From Eubacteriales bacterium (GTDB lineage Bacteria; Bacillota; Clostridia; Oscillospirales; JAAYXM01), in NCBI GenBank assembly GCA_045636205.1, contig JAZTXE010000084.1, positions 8,893 to 72,892 of the forward strand: a DNA stretch of 64,000 bases, in the 5' to 3' direction. Shown one piece after another: positions 1 through 11,350 of this stretch. Position numbers and translations under genes: made by a program. Positions within the stretch are counted from its first letter, which is position 1, and the number at the start of each line of letters is the position of its first letter. The notes under the pieces are model-generated. The model had not been told where the DNA came from, ran no database searches, and was given only the letters and a program-made list of their open reading frames with translations.

Positions 1-10
1 GGTGCATAAA

Positions 11-1951
11 ATGGCAAAAACAAAAGATGAGCGTTCAATGGAAATACCTGCTTTTCTTTTCCACGAAGGCACAAATTACAGAGCGTACAAATTCCTCGGT
101 GCTCATTTTGAAACAAAAGAAAAAATCCGCGGTGTTACTTTCAGGGTATGGGCACCAAACGCTGCAACGGTCTCAGTTTGCGGAGATTTCAATGCGTGGG
201 ATATATCTGCAAATCCGATGCAAAGAACGGAAATTGACGGCAGTATATGGGAACTCTTTATACCAGGATTAAAGGAATTTGATGCGTACAAATATGCAAT
301 AACCACTTCGGATGGCATATGCGAAATGAAAGCTGATCCATATGCTTTCCACTCAGAAACACGTCCTGCAACCGCATCTAAAATATATGAGCTTGACGGC
401 TATAAGTGGGGAGACAAAGAATGGGCTAAATACATAAAAGGCCGTGATTTTATTTCCTCACCGATGAATATATACGAAGTGCATTTTGCGTCATGGCGTA
501 TGCATGAGGACGGAAACTTTTACTCTTACCGTAAACTCGCGGATGAGCTTATACCGTATGTTAAATCAATGGGATATACGCACATTGAGCTGATGCCGGT
601 ATCTGAGTATCCGTTTGACGGTTCATGGGGATATCAGGTCACAGGTTATTTCTCAGCAACATCTCGTTACGGTGAGCCGCGCGATTTAATGTATTTTATC
701 GACAAATGCCATCAGAATGGAATTGGTGTTATCTTGGATTGGGTTCCGGCTCATTTTCCCAAAGATGCTTTCGGTCTTTATGAATTTGATGGCGGTTATC
801 TGTACGAATACGCAGACCCGCTCAAACGTGAGCACTCGGATTGGGGGACGCGTATATTCGATTTTGGAAAAACCGAAGTTCAAAGCTTTCTGATTTCCAG
901 TGCATTCTTTTGGGCGGAGTATTTCCATATTGACGGAATACGTGTAGACGCGGTTGCAAGCATGCTTTATCTCGACTATGGTAAGAGAGATGGTGAGTGG
1001 CGCGCAAATGAATACGGCGGAAAAGAAAACCTCGAAGCAATCGCATTTCTAAAAAAACTAAACTCAGAGCTTATTAAAGCATATCCGAATATACTGATGA
1101 TAGCCGAAGAGTCAACTGCCTGGCCGATGATAACCATGCCACCTGAAGTTGGTGGGCTCGGCTTCCACCTTAAATGGAATATGGGTTGGATGAATGATGC
1201 GCTCAGATATATAGAGACCGACCCCATATTCAGAAAACACTGCCATAATAATCTGACCTTTTCAATGACTTACGCTTTCTCCGAAAACTTCATTTTACCA
1301 CTCTCACACGACGAAGTTGTCCACGGAAAGCGTTCACTGATTGAAAAGCAACCCGGTGAGTATAATAATAAATTCGCAGGACTTCGTGCTCTGATGGGAT
1401 ATATGATAGCTCATCCGGGCAAAAAACTTTCCTTCATGGGAAATGAGTTTGCGCAATTTATCGAATGGAATTATAAACAAGGTCTTGATTGGAATTTACT
1501 CGAGTATGATATGCACGCTAAATTCCAAAACTATATCAGGGACTTAAACCAACTCTACCTCTCATCACGCGAGTTTTGGGAGCTCGACTCAAGTTGGGAA
1601 GGCTTCCAGTGGATAGAGCCGGATGACAATGAGAAAAACATTATCGCCTTCCGCAGAAAAGCAAAAGACAGAAGCGAAATTATAGCAATATGCAATTTCG
1701 CCCCGGTTTTAAGAGACGGATATGTACTCGGTGTGCCAGAACCGGGCTACTATAAGGAAATATTCAACAGCGATTCTGAAAAATACGGCGGCAGCGGAAT
1801 TTTAAATCCTCGTGCAATACGCAGCAAAAAAGGTGAGTTCCGCGAATATGAAAATGTGATAACCCTTAATTTGCCGCCTATGAGCGTATTGTTCTTCAAG
1901 AAAAATCCACCTGCTAAAAAAACGAAAAAAGCCAAAATTTCAAAACTTTAA
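11..1951 (+). CDS. glgB: 1,4-alpha-glucan (glycogen) branching enzyme
   Basis: About 646 aa with GH13 branching-enzyme motifs ([37 protein letters not shown]). First gene of a glgBCDAP-type cluster. ATG at 11; an in-frame GTG at 2 is also possible, and the upstream context is off-window. Confidence 0.93.
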   Translation: MAKTKDERSMEIPAFLFHEGTNYRAYKFLGAHFETKEKIRGVTFRVWAPNAATVSVCGDFNAWDISANPMQRTEIDGSIWELFIPGLKEFDAYKYAITTSDGICEMKADPYAFHSETRPATASKIYELDGYKWGDKEWAKYIKGRDFISSPMNIYEVHFASWRMHEDGNFYSYRKLADELIPYVKSMGYTHIELMPVSEYPFDGSWGYQVTGYFSATSRYGEPRDLMYFIDKCHQNGIGVILDWVPAHFPKDAFGLYEFDGGYLYEYADPLKREHSDWGTRIFDFGKTEVQSFLISSAFFWAEYFHIDGIRVDAVASMLYLDYGKRDGEWRANEYGGKENLEAIAFLKKLNSELIKAYPNILMIAEESTAWPMITMPPEVGGLGFHLKWNMGWMNDALRYIETDPIFRKHCHNNLTFSMTYAFSENFILPLSHDEVVHGKRSLIEKQPGEYNNKFAGLRALMGYMIAHPGKKLSFMGNEFAQFIEWNYKQGLDWNLLEYDMHAKFQNYIRDLNQLYLSSREFWELDSSWEGFQWIEPDDNEKNIIAFRRKAKDRSEIIAICNFAPVLRDGYVLGVPEPGYYKEIFNSDSEKYGGSGILNPRAIRSKKGEFREYENVITLNLPPMSVLFFKKNPPAKKTKKAKISKL

Positions 1952-1970
1952 ACGAGGTGTGGAAAACGAT

Positions 1971-3185
1971 ATGTTGAGAAAAAAAGAATGCATCGCAATG
2001 CTCTTGGCAGGCGGCCAGGGAAGCCGTCTGAGTGTCCTTACAAAGAATGTCGCAAAACCGGCGGTTCCGTTTGGTGGGAAATATCGCATAATTGATTTTC
2101 CTCTTTCAAACTGCATAAATTCGGGCATTGATACCGTCGGCGTTCTAACTCAATATCAGCCCCTTGAACTACACAGTTACATCGGTAACGGTCAGCCGTG
2201 GGATTTAGACCGTGCAAACGGAGGTTGTGCAATCCTGCCGCCGTATATGACCAGCACGCGTGATGACTGGTACAAGGGAACCGCCAACGCAGTGTATCAG
2301 AACATCAATTTTATCGACAGATACGACCCTGAGTATGTTCTCATCTTATCGGGTGACCACATATACAAAATGAATTACGAATGGATGCTTAGTGAGCACA
2401 AAAAGAAAAAAGCTGACTGCACGATAGCCGTAATCAATGTAAGCCTGCAGGAAGCGTCAAGATTTGGAATAATGAACACAAATCCTGACGGCTCAATATA
2501 TGAATTTGAGGAAAAACCGAAAGAGCCCAAGAGCACCAAGGCTTCCATGGGCGTGTATATTTTTTCTTGGAAAATGCTCAAAAAGTATCTCATTGAAGAC
2601 GATGCGAATCCCGAAAGTAGCAATGATTTTGGAAAAAACATAATCCCGCGTATGCTCGAAGACGGATGCAAAATGTTTGCATATGAGTATCTCGGCTATT
2701 GGAAGGACGTAGGAACAATAGAGAGCTTGTGGGATTCAAATATGGATGCGCTAAAACCTGATAGCGGACTTAAACTCCATGACCCGGCATGGCGTATTTA
2801 CGCGAGAAACCCCATTCAGCCGCCTCAGTATGTGGCACCGGGAGCCGTGGTTTCCGAAGCGATGATAGCCGAAGGCTGTGAAGTGTACGGAAATGTTTAT
2901 GACTCAATAATCTTCTACGGTGTTAAAATAGGAAAAGGTGCCAAAATACGCAATTCAATCATAATGCCCGGCACGGTAATAGGTGACGGTGCGGAAATAG
3001 AATATTCAATCGTTGCAGAAAACGTGGTCGTAGGAGATGGCGCACATATCGGAAAGAGCCCTGAAAACGGTGAGAAAAAACAGATTACCGTTATAGGAAG
3101 CATGCTCAACATATGCGATAACGCTTGTGTAGAAGCAGGAAGTATTGTAGAAGATGACATTTGCGGAAATGAGGTGAGAATATGA
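1971..3185 (+). CDS. glgC: glucose-1-phosphate adenylyltransferase, catalytic subunit
   Basis: N-terminal [10 protein letters not shown] and [15 protein letters not shown] motifs with a C-terminal left-handed beta-helix. The GAGG at 1954-1957 favours ATG 1971 over the in-frame GTG at 1959. Confidence 0.93.
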   Translation: MLRKKECIAMLLAGGQGSRLSVLTKNVAKPAVPFGGKYRIIDFPLSNCINSGIDTVGVLTQYQPLELHSYIGNGQPWDLDRANGGCAILPPYMTSTRDDWYKGTANAVYQNINFIDRYDPEYVLILSGDHIYKMNYEWMLSEHKKKKADCTIAVINVSLQEASRFGIMNTNPDGSIYEFEEKPKEPKSTKASMGVYIFSWKMLKKYLIEDDANPESSNDFGKNIIPRMLEDGCKMFAYEYLGYWKDVGTIESLWDSNMDALKPDSGLKLHDPAWRIYARNPIQPPQYVAPGAVVSEAMIAEGCEVYGNVYDSIIFYGVKIGKGAKIRNSIIMPGTVIGDGAEIEYSIVAENVVVGDGAHIGKSPENGEKKQITVIGSMLNICDNACVEAGSIVEDDICGNEVRI

Positions 3186-4303
3186 AAGACGTAACCGGAA
3201 TTATACTTGCTCAAGACCGTTGCGACGCAATGCGTGAGCTCACCAACGACAGAACAGTTGCTTCAGTACCGTTTGGCGGAAGATACCGTCTTATTGATTT
3301 TGCTCTGTCTAACCTTGTTAATGCAGGGGTTCGCGATGTAGGCGTAGTTACAAAGAGCAATTACTATTCGCTTATGGATCATATAGGTTCCGGCAAGGAA
3401 TGGGATTTAAACCGTAAAAAAGGTGGGCTTTCAATTCTCCCACCATCCGTTGGAACAATGCCAGGCGGCCTCCAGCCTAATGCCGGAAAAATAGAAGCTC
3501 TGCACGGGATAATAAACTATATCCGCAACTGCAGAAGCAAGTATGTAATCGTCACCGACGCAAACATAGTTGCAAATATTGATTACAATGAAATGCTCGA
3601 ATACCACATAGAAAAGCATGCATATATGACGGTTCTGTACCAGAAAGATGTTTTCGAGCAAAGCAGATTCCGTGATAATACATTTCTGCAGATTAACGAC
3701 GAAGGTCGAATAACAGACGTTGCAATTAACCAGACTATCCAACTGCACAGCAATATGCTTTTGGGTACGTTTATTATTGAGCGCGAGCTTTTGGATTTCC
3801 TTATAAGTCAGTGCACCGCTCACAACCGCTTGAGCTTTGAGCGCGACATCATTCAGGATATGTGCAATGACCTTGATATCTATGCGTATTGTTATGAAGG
3901 CTATGTTGAGAAGGTTGACTCTGTAGATACCTTCAGAAAAACGAATATGGATTTACTTGATCCTGCCGTAAGAAACGAGCTTTTCCGAAACGGCGCAATA
4001 CTCACAAAAGTCCGTGACGAGGTTCCTACCTATTACGGAAGCCGTTCATATGTCGAAAATTCACTCATAGCCGACGGTTGCATAATAAAAGGTCGTGTTG
4101 AAAACTCGGTTATTTTTCGCAGCGTAATCGTCGAAGAAAATGCAGTTGTCAAAAATTCAATTATTATGCAGGATAGCAAAATTTTGCGCGGCGCTTTGGT
4201 CGAACACTGTATAACCGATAAAATGGTTACAGTGAGTGAAAACAGAACAATAGTCGGTGCAGAATCATATCCTGTGGTTCTGGCTAAAAATGCCGAAATC
4301 TAA
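3182..4303 (+). CDS. glgD: glucose-1-phosphate adenylyltransferase, GlgD regulatory subunit
   Basis: GlgC paralog that keeps [16 protein letters not shown] but lacks the GGxGxRL loop. ATGA start/stop overlap with glgC. This position is typical of Firmicute glg operons. Confidence 0.88.
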   Translation: MKDVTGIILAQDRCDAMRELTNDRTVASVPFGGRYRLIDFALSNLVNAGVRDVGVVTKSNYYSLMDHIGSGKEWDLNRKKGGLSILPPSVGTMPGGLQPNAGKIEALHGIINYIRNCRSKYVIVTDANIVANIDYNEMLEYHIEKHAYMTVLYQKDVFEQSRFRDNTFLQINDEGRITDVAINQTIQLHSNMLLGTFIIERELLDFLISQCTAHNRLSFERDIIQDMCNDLDIYAYCYEGYVEKVDSVDTFRKTNMDLLDPAVRNELFRNGAILTKVRDEVPTYYGSRSYVENSLIADGCIIKGRVENSVIFRSVIVEENAVVKNSIIMQDSKILRGALVEHCITDKMVTVSENRTIVGAESYPVVLAKNAEI

Positions 4304-4326
4304 TATCCGAAGGGAGTTTGTAATAT

Positions 4327-5763
4327 ATGACGAACATTTTATTTGCAGCCTCGGAAGCTGCACCGTTTGTTAAATCAGGTGGGTTAGGGGACGTTATAGG
4401 TTCGCTTCCGCCATCGCTTGCCAACAGAAACCGTTCGGTTTCTGTTGTTATCCCGCTGTATGAGAAAATTGCACAGCAGTATCGGGAAAAAATGACATTT
4501 GTAAAAAGCATATTTGTTCCGGTAGCCTGGAGAAACCAGTACTGCGGAATCTTCAAAATGAAAGAAAACGGCGTTACGTGGTACTTTCTTGACAATGAAT
4601 ACTATTTCAAACGCGGCGATATGCTTTATGGTTGCTACGATGATGCTGAGCGCTTTGCTTTCTTTTCGCGCGCAGTCCTTGAAATGCTGCCGCATATCGA
4701 GCTTAAACCTGATATAATCCATTGTCACGACTGGCAGAGCGCTTTGATCCCCGTGTACTTAAAGCTTATTTACCACTCAAATGATTTTTATAACGCGATC
4801 AAAACCATATTTACAATCCATAATATAGAGTATCAAGGTATTTTTGGTCGTGAAATAGTTCAGAACGTTCTCGGAATTTCCGAAGCTGAGTTTGACAACG
4901 GTTTTATTGAGCACCAAGGCGCGGTTAATTTTATGAAATCAGCCATACTGTGCTCAGACCGAGTAACAACCGTCAGCAAAACATATGCAGAGCAGATAAA
5001 AACACCCGAATACGCACATGGTTTAGACGGTATTTTAAACTATGAGCAGGGCAAGCTTTCAGGAATAGTAAACGGAATAGATAAAAAACTCTATGATCCG
5101 CAAACTGACAAGAGACTGTTTGCCGCATTTTCATCAGACGACTTAAAAGGCAAAGCTAAGAACAAGCGTGAGCTTCAGAAAATGCTCAACCTGCCTGAAA
5201 AAGCAGATGTTCCAATGATAGGTATAATCACACGCTTGGTATCGCACAAAGGCGTTGATTTGATTTCAGCAGTACTTGATGAGATGCTCGGAGACGATAT
5301 TCAGGTTGTAGTTGTAGGTACCGGCGACTGGAAGTACGAACAGTTCCTGCGCGATAAGCAGTGGCAATATCCGCATCGTCTTTCCGTAAATATCGTATTC
5401 AATACGGACTTGGCTCAAAAAGTTTATGCAGCATCCGATATGTTCCTGATGCCTTCAAAATCAGAGCCGTGCGGACTTGCCCAAATGATTGCCTTATCCT
5501 ATGGTACAATTCCTATAGTTCGTGAAACCGGAGGTCTAAAGGATACCGTCATACCCTATAACCGCTTTAGCGGTGAAGGCAACGGTTTCTCTTTCACTGA
5601 TTACAATGCCCACGATATGCTCCATGTAGTCCGTGAAGCATGTGAGCTTTACAGAGACAACGAGGCATGGTCTGCACTCGTAAAGCAGGGAATGCTTTGC
5701 GATTTCAGCTGGACGAAGTCTGCAAAACAATATGCTGACCTTTATAAAGCATTACTTAAATAA
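4327..5763 (+). CDS. glgA: glycogen synthase (ADP-glucose type)
   Basis: 478 aa with the N-terminal AAPFVKSGGLGDV motif and a GT5 fold. GGGAG RBS upstream. Confidence 0.93.
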   Translation: MTNILFAASEAAPFVKSGGLGDVIGSLPPSLANRNRSVSVVIPLYEKIAQQYREKMTFVKSIFVPVAWRNQYCGIFKMKENGVTWYFLDNEYYFKRGDMLYGCYDDAERFAFFSRAVLEMLPHIELKPDIIHCHDWQSALIPVYLKLIYHSNDFYNAIKTIFTIHNIEYQGIFGREIVQNVLGISEAEFDNGFIEHQGAVNFMKSAILCSDRVTTVSKTYAEQIKTPEYAHGLDGILNYEQGKLSGIVNGIDKKLYDPQTDKRLFAAFSSDDLKGKAKNKRELQKMLNLPEKADVPMIGIITRLVSHKGVDLISAVLDEMLGDDIQVVVVGTGDWKYEQFLRDKQWQYPHRLSVNIVFNTDLAQKVYAASDMFLMPSKSEPCGLAQMIALSYGTIPIVRETGGLKDTVIPYNRFSGEGNGFSFTDYNAHDMLHVVREACELYRDNEAWSALVKQGMLCDFSWTKSAKQYADLYKALLK

Positions 5764-5815
5764 TTAATTCTAAGATAATCCCGTAGTTTTACTCGGTTTT
5801 GTGAGGTAAGATTGA

Positions 5816-8242
5816 ATGAATAAACAGATTACTCCCAAGGAGCTTGAAACCCTGATAGCGGGAAAGCTCCAGCGCCACTTTGGAAAAGAAGCAAACGAAG
5901 CTACAAACGAGCAGCTATACAGTGCATGCGCGTATGTAGTGCGTGACCTTATGATGGAAAAGTGGGTGGCGACTAAAGATAAAGCAGAGGAGCAGAGCGC
6001 AAAACAAATCTATTATCTGTCTATGGAATTTTTAATAGGCAGAAGTATGCTCAATAACATATATAATTTAGAAATAGACAAAGCGTTTGTAAAAGCACTT
6101 GATAAATTAGGTGCAAAATTAGAGGACATACTCAACGTAGAGCGTGACGCGGGTCTGGGTAACGGTGGTTTAGGTCGCCTTGCGGCCTGCTATATGGATT
6201 CGCTTGCATCTTTGGAATACCCTGCGAGCGGCTTTTCAATACTCTATGAGTATGGCATATTCAAGCAACGTATTGTTGATGGCATGCAAGTCGAGCTTCC
6301 GGATGATTGGCGCGGAAGCGGAAACGCATGGCTCGTGCCTCAACTTGAGGATTCCCAAGAGGTCCGATTCGGCGGATGGATAGAAACCGTTTTTGAAAAT
6401 GATCGTATGAGCTTTGTACACCGTGATTACTCTACAGTTGTAGCGGTTCCGCACGATATGCTTATCTCGGGTTTCCGCAGCAATACTGTGGACACTCTGC
6501 GTCTGTGGAGTGCTAAATCCAAGCAGAATCTTGACATGGCGCTCTTTTCAAGAGGCGAATATGTAAAGGCTGTTGAGCAGCAGGCGATGTGCGAGGCGAT
6601 TTCAAAAATCCTCTATCCAGAGGACGCGCATCCCGAAGGAAAATCACTCCGCTTAAAACAGCAGTATTTCTTTGTTTCGGCTACAATCCAAAGCATTGTA
6701 AAAAAGCATAAGAAGCAGTACGGTACATTGGATAATTTTGCCGATAAAGCAGTAATTCATATTAACGATACGCATCCGACGGTCGCAATCCCCGAGCTCA
6801 TGCGCATCCTTATAGACGAAGAAGGTTACGGATGGGATAAAGCTTGGGAAATTGTTTCAAACTGCATGGCTTATACAAACCACACAGTTATGGCAGAAGC
6901 TCTTGAGCGTTGGACAATTGACCTTATGAAGAGCCTGCTCCCGCGCATCTACCAGATAATCGAAGAAATTAATCATCGCTTCTGTGCTCGGTTGCAGGTA
7001 ATTTTTCCATGGGACAATGAAAAAATCGAAAAGCTCGCAATTATCGCAAACGGGGAAGTTCGAATGGCTAATTTATGTATTGCCTCCTGCTTCTCGGTAA
7101 ACGGTGTTTCCGCACTGCACAGTGATATTTTAAAGAAAAATGTTTTTTCAGATTTCGCCCACGCATTTCCGCAGAAATTCACAAACGTGACAAACGGAAT
7201 TGCGCATCGCAGATGGCTGTGTCAGGCAAATCCTAAGCTTGACGGTCTGCTTAGAGAGCTAGTCGGTGATAAATATTTAAAAGATGCGTCAGCGCTTACA
7301 ACCCTTGAGAAATATAAAGACGATAAAGCAGTTTTAAAAGAGCTTGAGAGCATTAAGCACAGTAACAAAGAGCGAATGCTTGAGTACGTGCAAAAAACAA
7401 ATAACATTACTCTGAATCCGGACTCAATTTTTGATGTTCAGGCAAAGCGTCTGCACGAGTATAAGCGCCAGCTTTTAAATGTCCTGCATATCCTTCATGA
7501 TTATCATACGATTAAGGACAATCCCTCAATTGATTTTACGCCGAAGACATATTTCTTCGGCGCAAAAGCCGCTGCCGGCTACCATACGGCTAAAACCATC
7601 ATACGCCTGATTCACTCTTTGGCTTCCGAAATCAATGATGATCCGGATGTAGCAGGCAGAATTAAAGTCGTATTTCTTGAGGATTATAACGTAACATTAG
7701 CTGAGCTTTTGATGCCTGCAGCCGAGGTTTCTGAGCAAATATCAATAGCCGGTAAAGAGGCTTCCGGTACAGGTAATATGAAGTTTATGCTAAATGGAGC
7801 ACTGACAATAGGTACGATGGACGGCGCAAACGTTGAAATATGTGAAGCGGTGGGCGAGGATAATATATTTATCTTCGGTCTTCGTGCAGATCAGGTAGAG
7901 CGAATGGTCCGCGAAAACAGTTATTCGCCGATTTCATATTACCAGAACAATCCTTCTATCCGCCGTGTGCTTGACCATATGCGTGACGGTTTAGGCAAAG
8001 GCTCACTCCACGCATCCTACGGCGATTTGGTTCAGTCCCTTCTCTTGACGGATACCTATATGCTTCTTGCAGATTTTGACGATTACTGTCGTGCACAAAA
8101 TCAAATAAGCACCGAATATTCGGATAAACTTTCTTGGAACCGTAAATCGCTGTGTAACATTGCCTTCTCGGGCCGTTTTGCAGCAGACCGCAGCATAAAA
8201 GAGTATGCGGATAGAATATGGGGCATCAATCCGCTCTCTTAA
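5816..8242 (+). CDS. glgP: glycogen/maltodextrin phosphorylase
   Basis: 808 aa GT35 enzyme with the PLP-lysine context GKEASGTGNMKFMLNGALT and the GLGNGGLGRLAAC motif. Confidence 0.93.
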   Translation: MNKQITPKELETLIAGKLQRHFGKEANEATNEQLYSACAYVVRDLMMEKWVATKDKAEEQSAKQIYYLSMEFLIGRSMLNNIYNLEIDKAFVKALDKLGAKLEDILNVERDAGLGNGGLGRLAACYMDSLASLEYPASGFSILYEYGIFKQRIVDGMQVELPDDWRGSGNAWLVPQLEDSQEVRFGGWIETVFENDRMSFVHRDYSTVVAVPHDMLISGFRSNTVDTLRLWSAKSKQNLDMALFSRGEYVKAVEQQAMCEAISKILYPEDAHPEGKSLRLKQQYFFVSATIQSIVKKHKKQYGTLDNFADKAVIHINDTHPTVAIPELMRILIDEEGYGWDKAWEIVSNCMAYTNHTVMAEALERWTIDLMKSLLPRIYQIIEEINHRFCARLQVIFPWDNEKIEKLAIIANGEVRMANLCIASCFSVNGVSALHSDILKKNVFSDFAHAFPQKFTNVTNGIAHRRWLCQANPKLDGLLRELVGDKYLKDASALTTLEKYKDDKAVLKELESIKHSNKERMLEYVQKTNNITLNPDSIFDVQAKRLHEYKRQLLNVLHILHDYHTIKDNPSIDFTPKTYFFGAKAAAGYHTAKTIIRLIHSLASEINDDPDVAGRIKVVFLEDYNVTLAELLMPAAEVSEQISIAGKEASGTGNMKFMLNGALTIGTMDGANVEICEAVGEDNIFIFGLRADQVERMVRENSYSPISYYQNNPSIRRVLDHMRDGLGKGSLHASYGDLVQSLLLTDTYMLLADFDDYCRAQNQISTEYSDKLSWNRKSLCNIAFSGRFAADRSIKEYADRIWGINPLS

Positions 8243-8269
8243 ATTCATTGCAGAATAAGGAGTTAACAG

Positions 8270-10189
8270 GTGGCAGAATTATTTTATTTCAATCCCTTGG
8301 ATAATTTTTGCCGTTCAACTCGCGGCGCGGTAGAGCAGAATACAAACATACACTTGCGTGTAAAACTCATGCGCACGCGTCTTGTTTCAGTAAATTTAAT
8401 ACTGATTTACGACAAGTCCGGCGAAACAAAAACAATCCCTATGCAATGGGTTGAGCTTAAATCGGGATATGATATATACGAATGCGAATTTAATCCTGGG
8501 GAATACAAAGGTCTTATTTGGTATTATTTTCAAGCTGTTAATTACTTTGGTAATACGGTGTATTACGGCGAGAACAGCTCTTGTGAATCCATGTCAGCTG
8601 ATTTGCCTGCGGCATTTCAGCTGACGGTTTTCGACAGCAAAATACGCACTCCTGATTGGTATTGCAAGGGCGTAACATATCATATTTTTGTCGATAGGTT
8701 TTTCAGAGCCTCATCTTGTCAAAAACTAACCGATGATCCGGATTTTTTAGTACATACCGATACAAATGATATACCCGAATACCTCCCGGATGCAAAGGGC
8801 GAAATCTTAAACCGTGATATTTACGGCGGAAACCTCAAGGGTATAGAGGAAAAATTAGATTACCTCGACTCTCTGGGTGTAACAACACTGTACTTAAGCC
8901 CTATATTTGAGGCATGGTCGAATCATAAATATAACACTGCAGACTATATGAAAATCGACTCGCATTTCGGCGATGAAAACGATTTAAAATCCCTATGCGA
9001 AAAAGCCAAAAAAAGGGGAATACGCGTTATTCTTGACGGTGTGTTTAATCACACAGGGTCTGACAGTGTATATTTCAATCAAAACGGGCGTTATGATTCA
9101 CTTGGAGCATATCAATCAGAGAATTCACCTTACAGAAGCTGGTATACATTTGACTCGTCTCAGGTTGGATATCAGTCCTGGTGGGGAATTCGTACGCTGC
9201 CGTCTGTAAACGAAGGCGAAGACAGTTATCAGAATTTTATAATGGGCGATAACGGTAGCGTAGCAGAGCACTGGCTAAATGCAGGAATTTCCGGTTGGAG
9301 ACTTGACGTTGCAGACGAATTGCCCGACGATTTTCTCACTCGTTTTCACAAAAAAGTTCGCTCCTGCAATAATGAAGCAATAGTAATCGGAGAGGTATGG
9401 GAGGATGCATCAAATAAGATAGCCTATGGTGTAAGACGAAGCTACTTTACAGAGGCTGAACTTGACGGTGTCATGAATTACCCCGTAAAAGAGGGGATAT
9501 TAAATTTTCTGACAAACCGCATATCATCTGAAACCTTTAAAACATCTATGGAACGTCTATATGATCATTACCCTGAAGATGTTCACCGCTGCCTAATGAA
9601 TTTAATCGGAACGCATGATACAATGCGCGCTTTAAATGCGCTTTCGTGTTCGCATCTCGCAGGTCAGTCACGTGATTTTAAAGCGCATTTTAAAATGGAT
9701 GACGGTCTTCGCTCCTATGCAAGGCAAAGGCTGAAAATGGCAGCTTGTCTCCAATTCGTGTTCCCTGGTTCACCCAGTATATATTACGGTGATGAAACCG
9801 CAATGGAGGGTTTTGAAGACCCGTTTAACCGCAGATATTATCCGTGGGATAATCAGGATCAGGAGATGATTGAGCACTATAAAAAGCTTGGAAATTTAAA
9901 AAAGAACTGCGATTGCATGCATAGCGGTATGTTTAAAGTTTCAACTTCAGGGGAAGACTGTATATGCATATTGCGTGAGAGCGCAAAAAACGCGGTTTTT
10001 TGCACAATTAACCGTGGAGACGTACCGTGTGAAGTTTCTTTGCCATTCGCCGGAAAATGGTGCGAAATTTTTACTCAAAGCATATACTTAAGTGAATGCG
10101 GAGATGAATATTCAGATGTTATGCCTGCAAGCTTTAACATTTGGATATGTGAAAAAAACGCTTTACCGAATATAAAAAATGATATATAA
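8270..10189 (+). CDS. GH13 alpha-amylase-family glycosidase (neopullulanase or debranching-like)
   Basis: GH13 conserved regions DGVFNHTG, GWRLDVADELP, GEVWED and IGTHDT. GTG start preceded by AAGGAG. Sits last in the glycogen cluster. Confidence 0.8.
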   Translation: MAELFYFNPLDNFCRSTRGAVEQNTNIHLRVKLMRTRLVSVNLILIYDKSGETKTIPMQWVELKSGYDIYECEFNPGEYKGLIWYYFQAVNYFGNTVYYGENSSCESMSADLPAAFQLTVFDSKIRTPDWYCKGVTYHIFVDRFFRASSCQKLTDDPDFLVHTDTNDIPEYLPDAKGEILNRDIYGGNLKGIEEKLDYLDSLGVTTLYLSPIFEAWSNHKYNTADYMKIDSHFGDENDLKSLCEKAKKRGIRVILDGVFNHTGSDSVYFNQNGRYDSLGAYQSENSPYRSWYTFDSSQVGYQSWWGIRTLPSVNEGEDSYQNFIMGDNGSVAEHWLNAGISGWRLDVADELPDDFLTRFHKKVRSCNNEAIVIGEVWEDASNKIAYGVRRSYFTEAELDGVMNYPVKEGILNFLTNRISSETFKTSMERLYDHYPEDVHRCLMNLIGTHDTMRALNALSCSHLAGQSRDFKAHFKMDDGLRSYARQRLKMAACLQFVFPGSPSIYYGDETAMEGFEDPFNRRYYPWDNQDQEMIEHYKKLGNLKKNCDCMHSGMFKVSTSGEDCICILRESAKNAVFCTINRGDVPCEVSLPFAGKWCEIFTQSIYLSECGDEYSDVMPASFNIWICEKNALPNIKNDI

Positions 10190-10226
10190 TATTTCCAAAA
10201 CTCAGACAACATAGGAGAATGATGAC

Positions 10227-11033
10227 ATGAAAAAACTTACGGTTATCCTTTTATCAGCGCTGATGATAGCATCTATCGCCGCATGCTCAGTAGGTGGGGA
10301 TGAATCTATGAACGAAGTAATTGATAAGAAAGCGATTGTTATGGGCTATGATAAAAACTATATGCCCATGGGGTTTGCAGACGAAAACGGAACCTATACC
10401 GGATTTGACTTAGACCTTGCAAAAGCAATATGCAAGAAAATTATTACTCCGTCCGGTACGCAGGCAACTCTTAATATTATGCCATTGGGTGGTCAGGAAG
10501 CGGTCGATGCTGTATTAAACGGAGCGGTGGACTTTTTAGGCAACAGTATTTCCGTGCACGGTGACGGTTCTGATGACCTAAGTTATTCGTACTCTCTCTT
10601 TGAAAACAAGCAGGTTATTGCGGTGTTAAATGAAAGTGCGGTTGAGGACAAACTGTCACTTGAAGGAAAAAAGGTCTCAGTCGTTTCTAATTCACCTGCA
10701 GCAGAAGCGCTTGAAGGTGACTCAAGCTTTAAAGACAAAGTAACAATATCCGAAGCTACGGATATTAACACAGCTATTGCACGTCTTGAGAGTGGAGAGG
10801 TCGACGCTCTTATCCTGGACGAAGTGTGTGCCAAATATTTTATCACAAACGGCAAAGAGCTTCGCATACTTGATGAGACATTAATGACCGACGGATACAA
10901 ATTGGTATTTAACAAAGAAAGTAAATCCCTTATAAAGAAAATCAACTCCATACTCAAAGAGCTTGAAAAAGACGGCACTTTAGAAGAACTTTCGGTAAAA
11001 TGGTTCGGCGAAAACATTATAAAAATCAAATAA
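10227..11033 (+). CDS. amino-acid ABC transporter substrate-binding lipoprotein (orphan)
   Basis: Signal peptide with lipobox (LMIASIAAC). Family-3 solute-binding protein signature (GYDKNYMPMGF, DLDLAKAI). No adjacent permease or ATPase gene. Confidence 0.75.
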   Translation: MKKLTVILLSALMIASIAACSVGGDESMNEVIDKKAIVMGYDKNYMPMGFADENGTYTGFDLDLAKAICKKIITPSGTQATLNIMPLGGQEAVDAVLNGAVDFLGNSISVHGDGSDDLSYSYSLFENKQVIAVLNESAVEDKLSLEGKKVSVVSNSPAAEALEGDSSFKDKVTISEATDINTAIARLESGEVDALILDEVCAKYFITNGKELRILDETLMTDGYKLVFNKESKSLIKKINSILKELEKDGTLEELSVKWFGENIIKIK

Positions 11034-11039
11034 TACTAT

Positions 11040-11088
11040 ATGGGCAGGGCGAAATTTTCCCTGCCCATGTATAATTTTTATTTTTTTT
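11040..11088 (+). terminator. intrinsic terminator after the binding-protein gene
   Basis: 10-bp stem ATGGGCAGGG / CCCTGCCCAT (11040-11068) followed by a T-rich run ending in TTTTTTTT (11081-11088). Confidence 0.8.
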
Positions 11089-11119
11089 GGAAAAATAATA
11101 AAAAATTTCAAAAAACAGC

Positions 11120-11147
11120 TTGACAAATCTAAAATATTTAGTATAAT
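11120..11147 (+). promoter_or_regulatory. sigma-A type promoter of tRNA-Gln
   Basis: TTGACA (11120-11125), a 16-nt spacer, then TATAAT (11142-11147). It lies 18 nt upstream of the mature tRNA 5' end. Confidence 0.7.
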
Positions 11148-11164
11148 AAAAAGGCTGTTATTGA

Positions 11165-11238
11165 TGCCGAATTGTGTAAGGGTAGCACAGCAGACTCTGA
11201 CTCTGTTTGTCTGGGTTCGAATCCTAGTTCGGCAGCCA
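11165..11238 (+). tRNA. tRNA-Gln (anticodon CUG)
   Basis: Hand-folded cloverleaf. Acceptor stem TGCCGAA/TTCGGCA with a U1:A72 pair and G73 discriminator, and an encoded CCA. Anticodon stem GCAGA/TCTGT with loop CTCTGAC, giving anticodon CTG. T arm CTGGG-TTCGAAT-CCTAG. Confidence 0.9.
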
Positions 11239-11240
11239 TG

Positions 11241-11270
11241 AAAAAAGACATCCTTCGGATGTCTTTTTTC
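11241..11270 (+). terminator. intrinsic terminator after tRNA-Gln
   Basis: Stem AAGACATCC / GGATGTCTT with loop TTCG, followed by TTTTTT. Confidence 0.85.
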
Positions 11271-11350
11271 AGTTTCATAGGATGCGAAATGATGTCAATT
11301 GTTTTTATACTTAATAGATTCGCAAACGATAAATAAGGGAAGTGATAGCT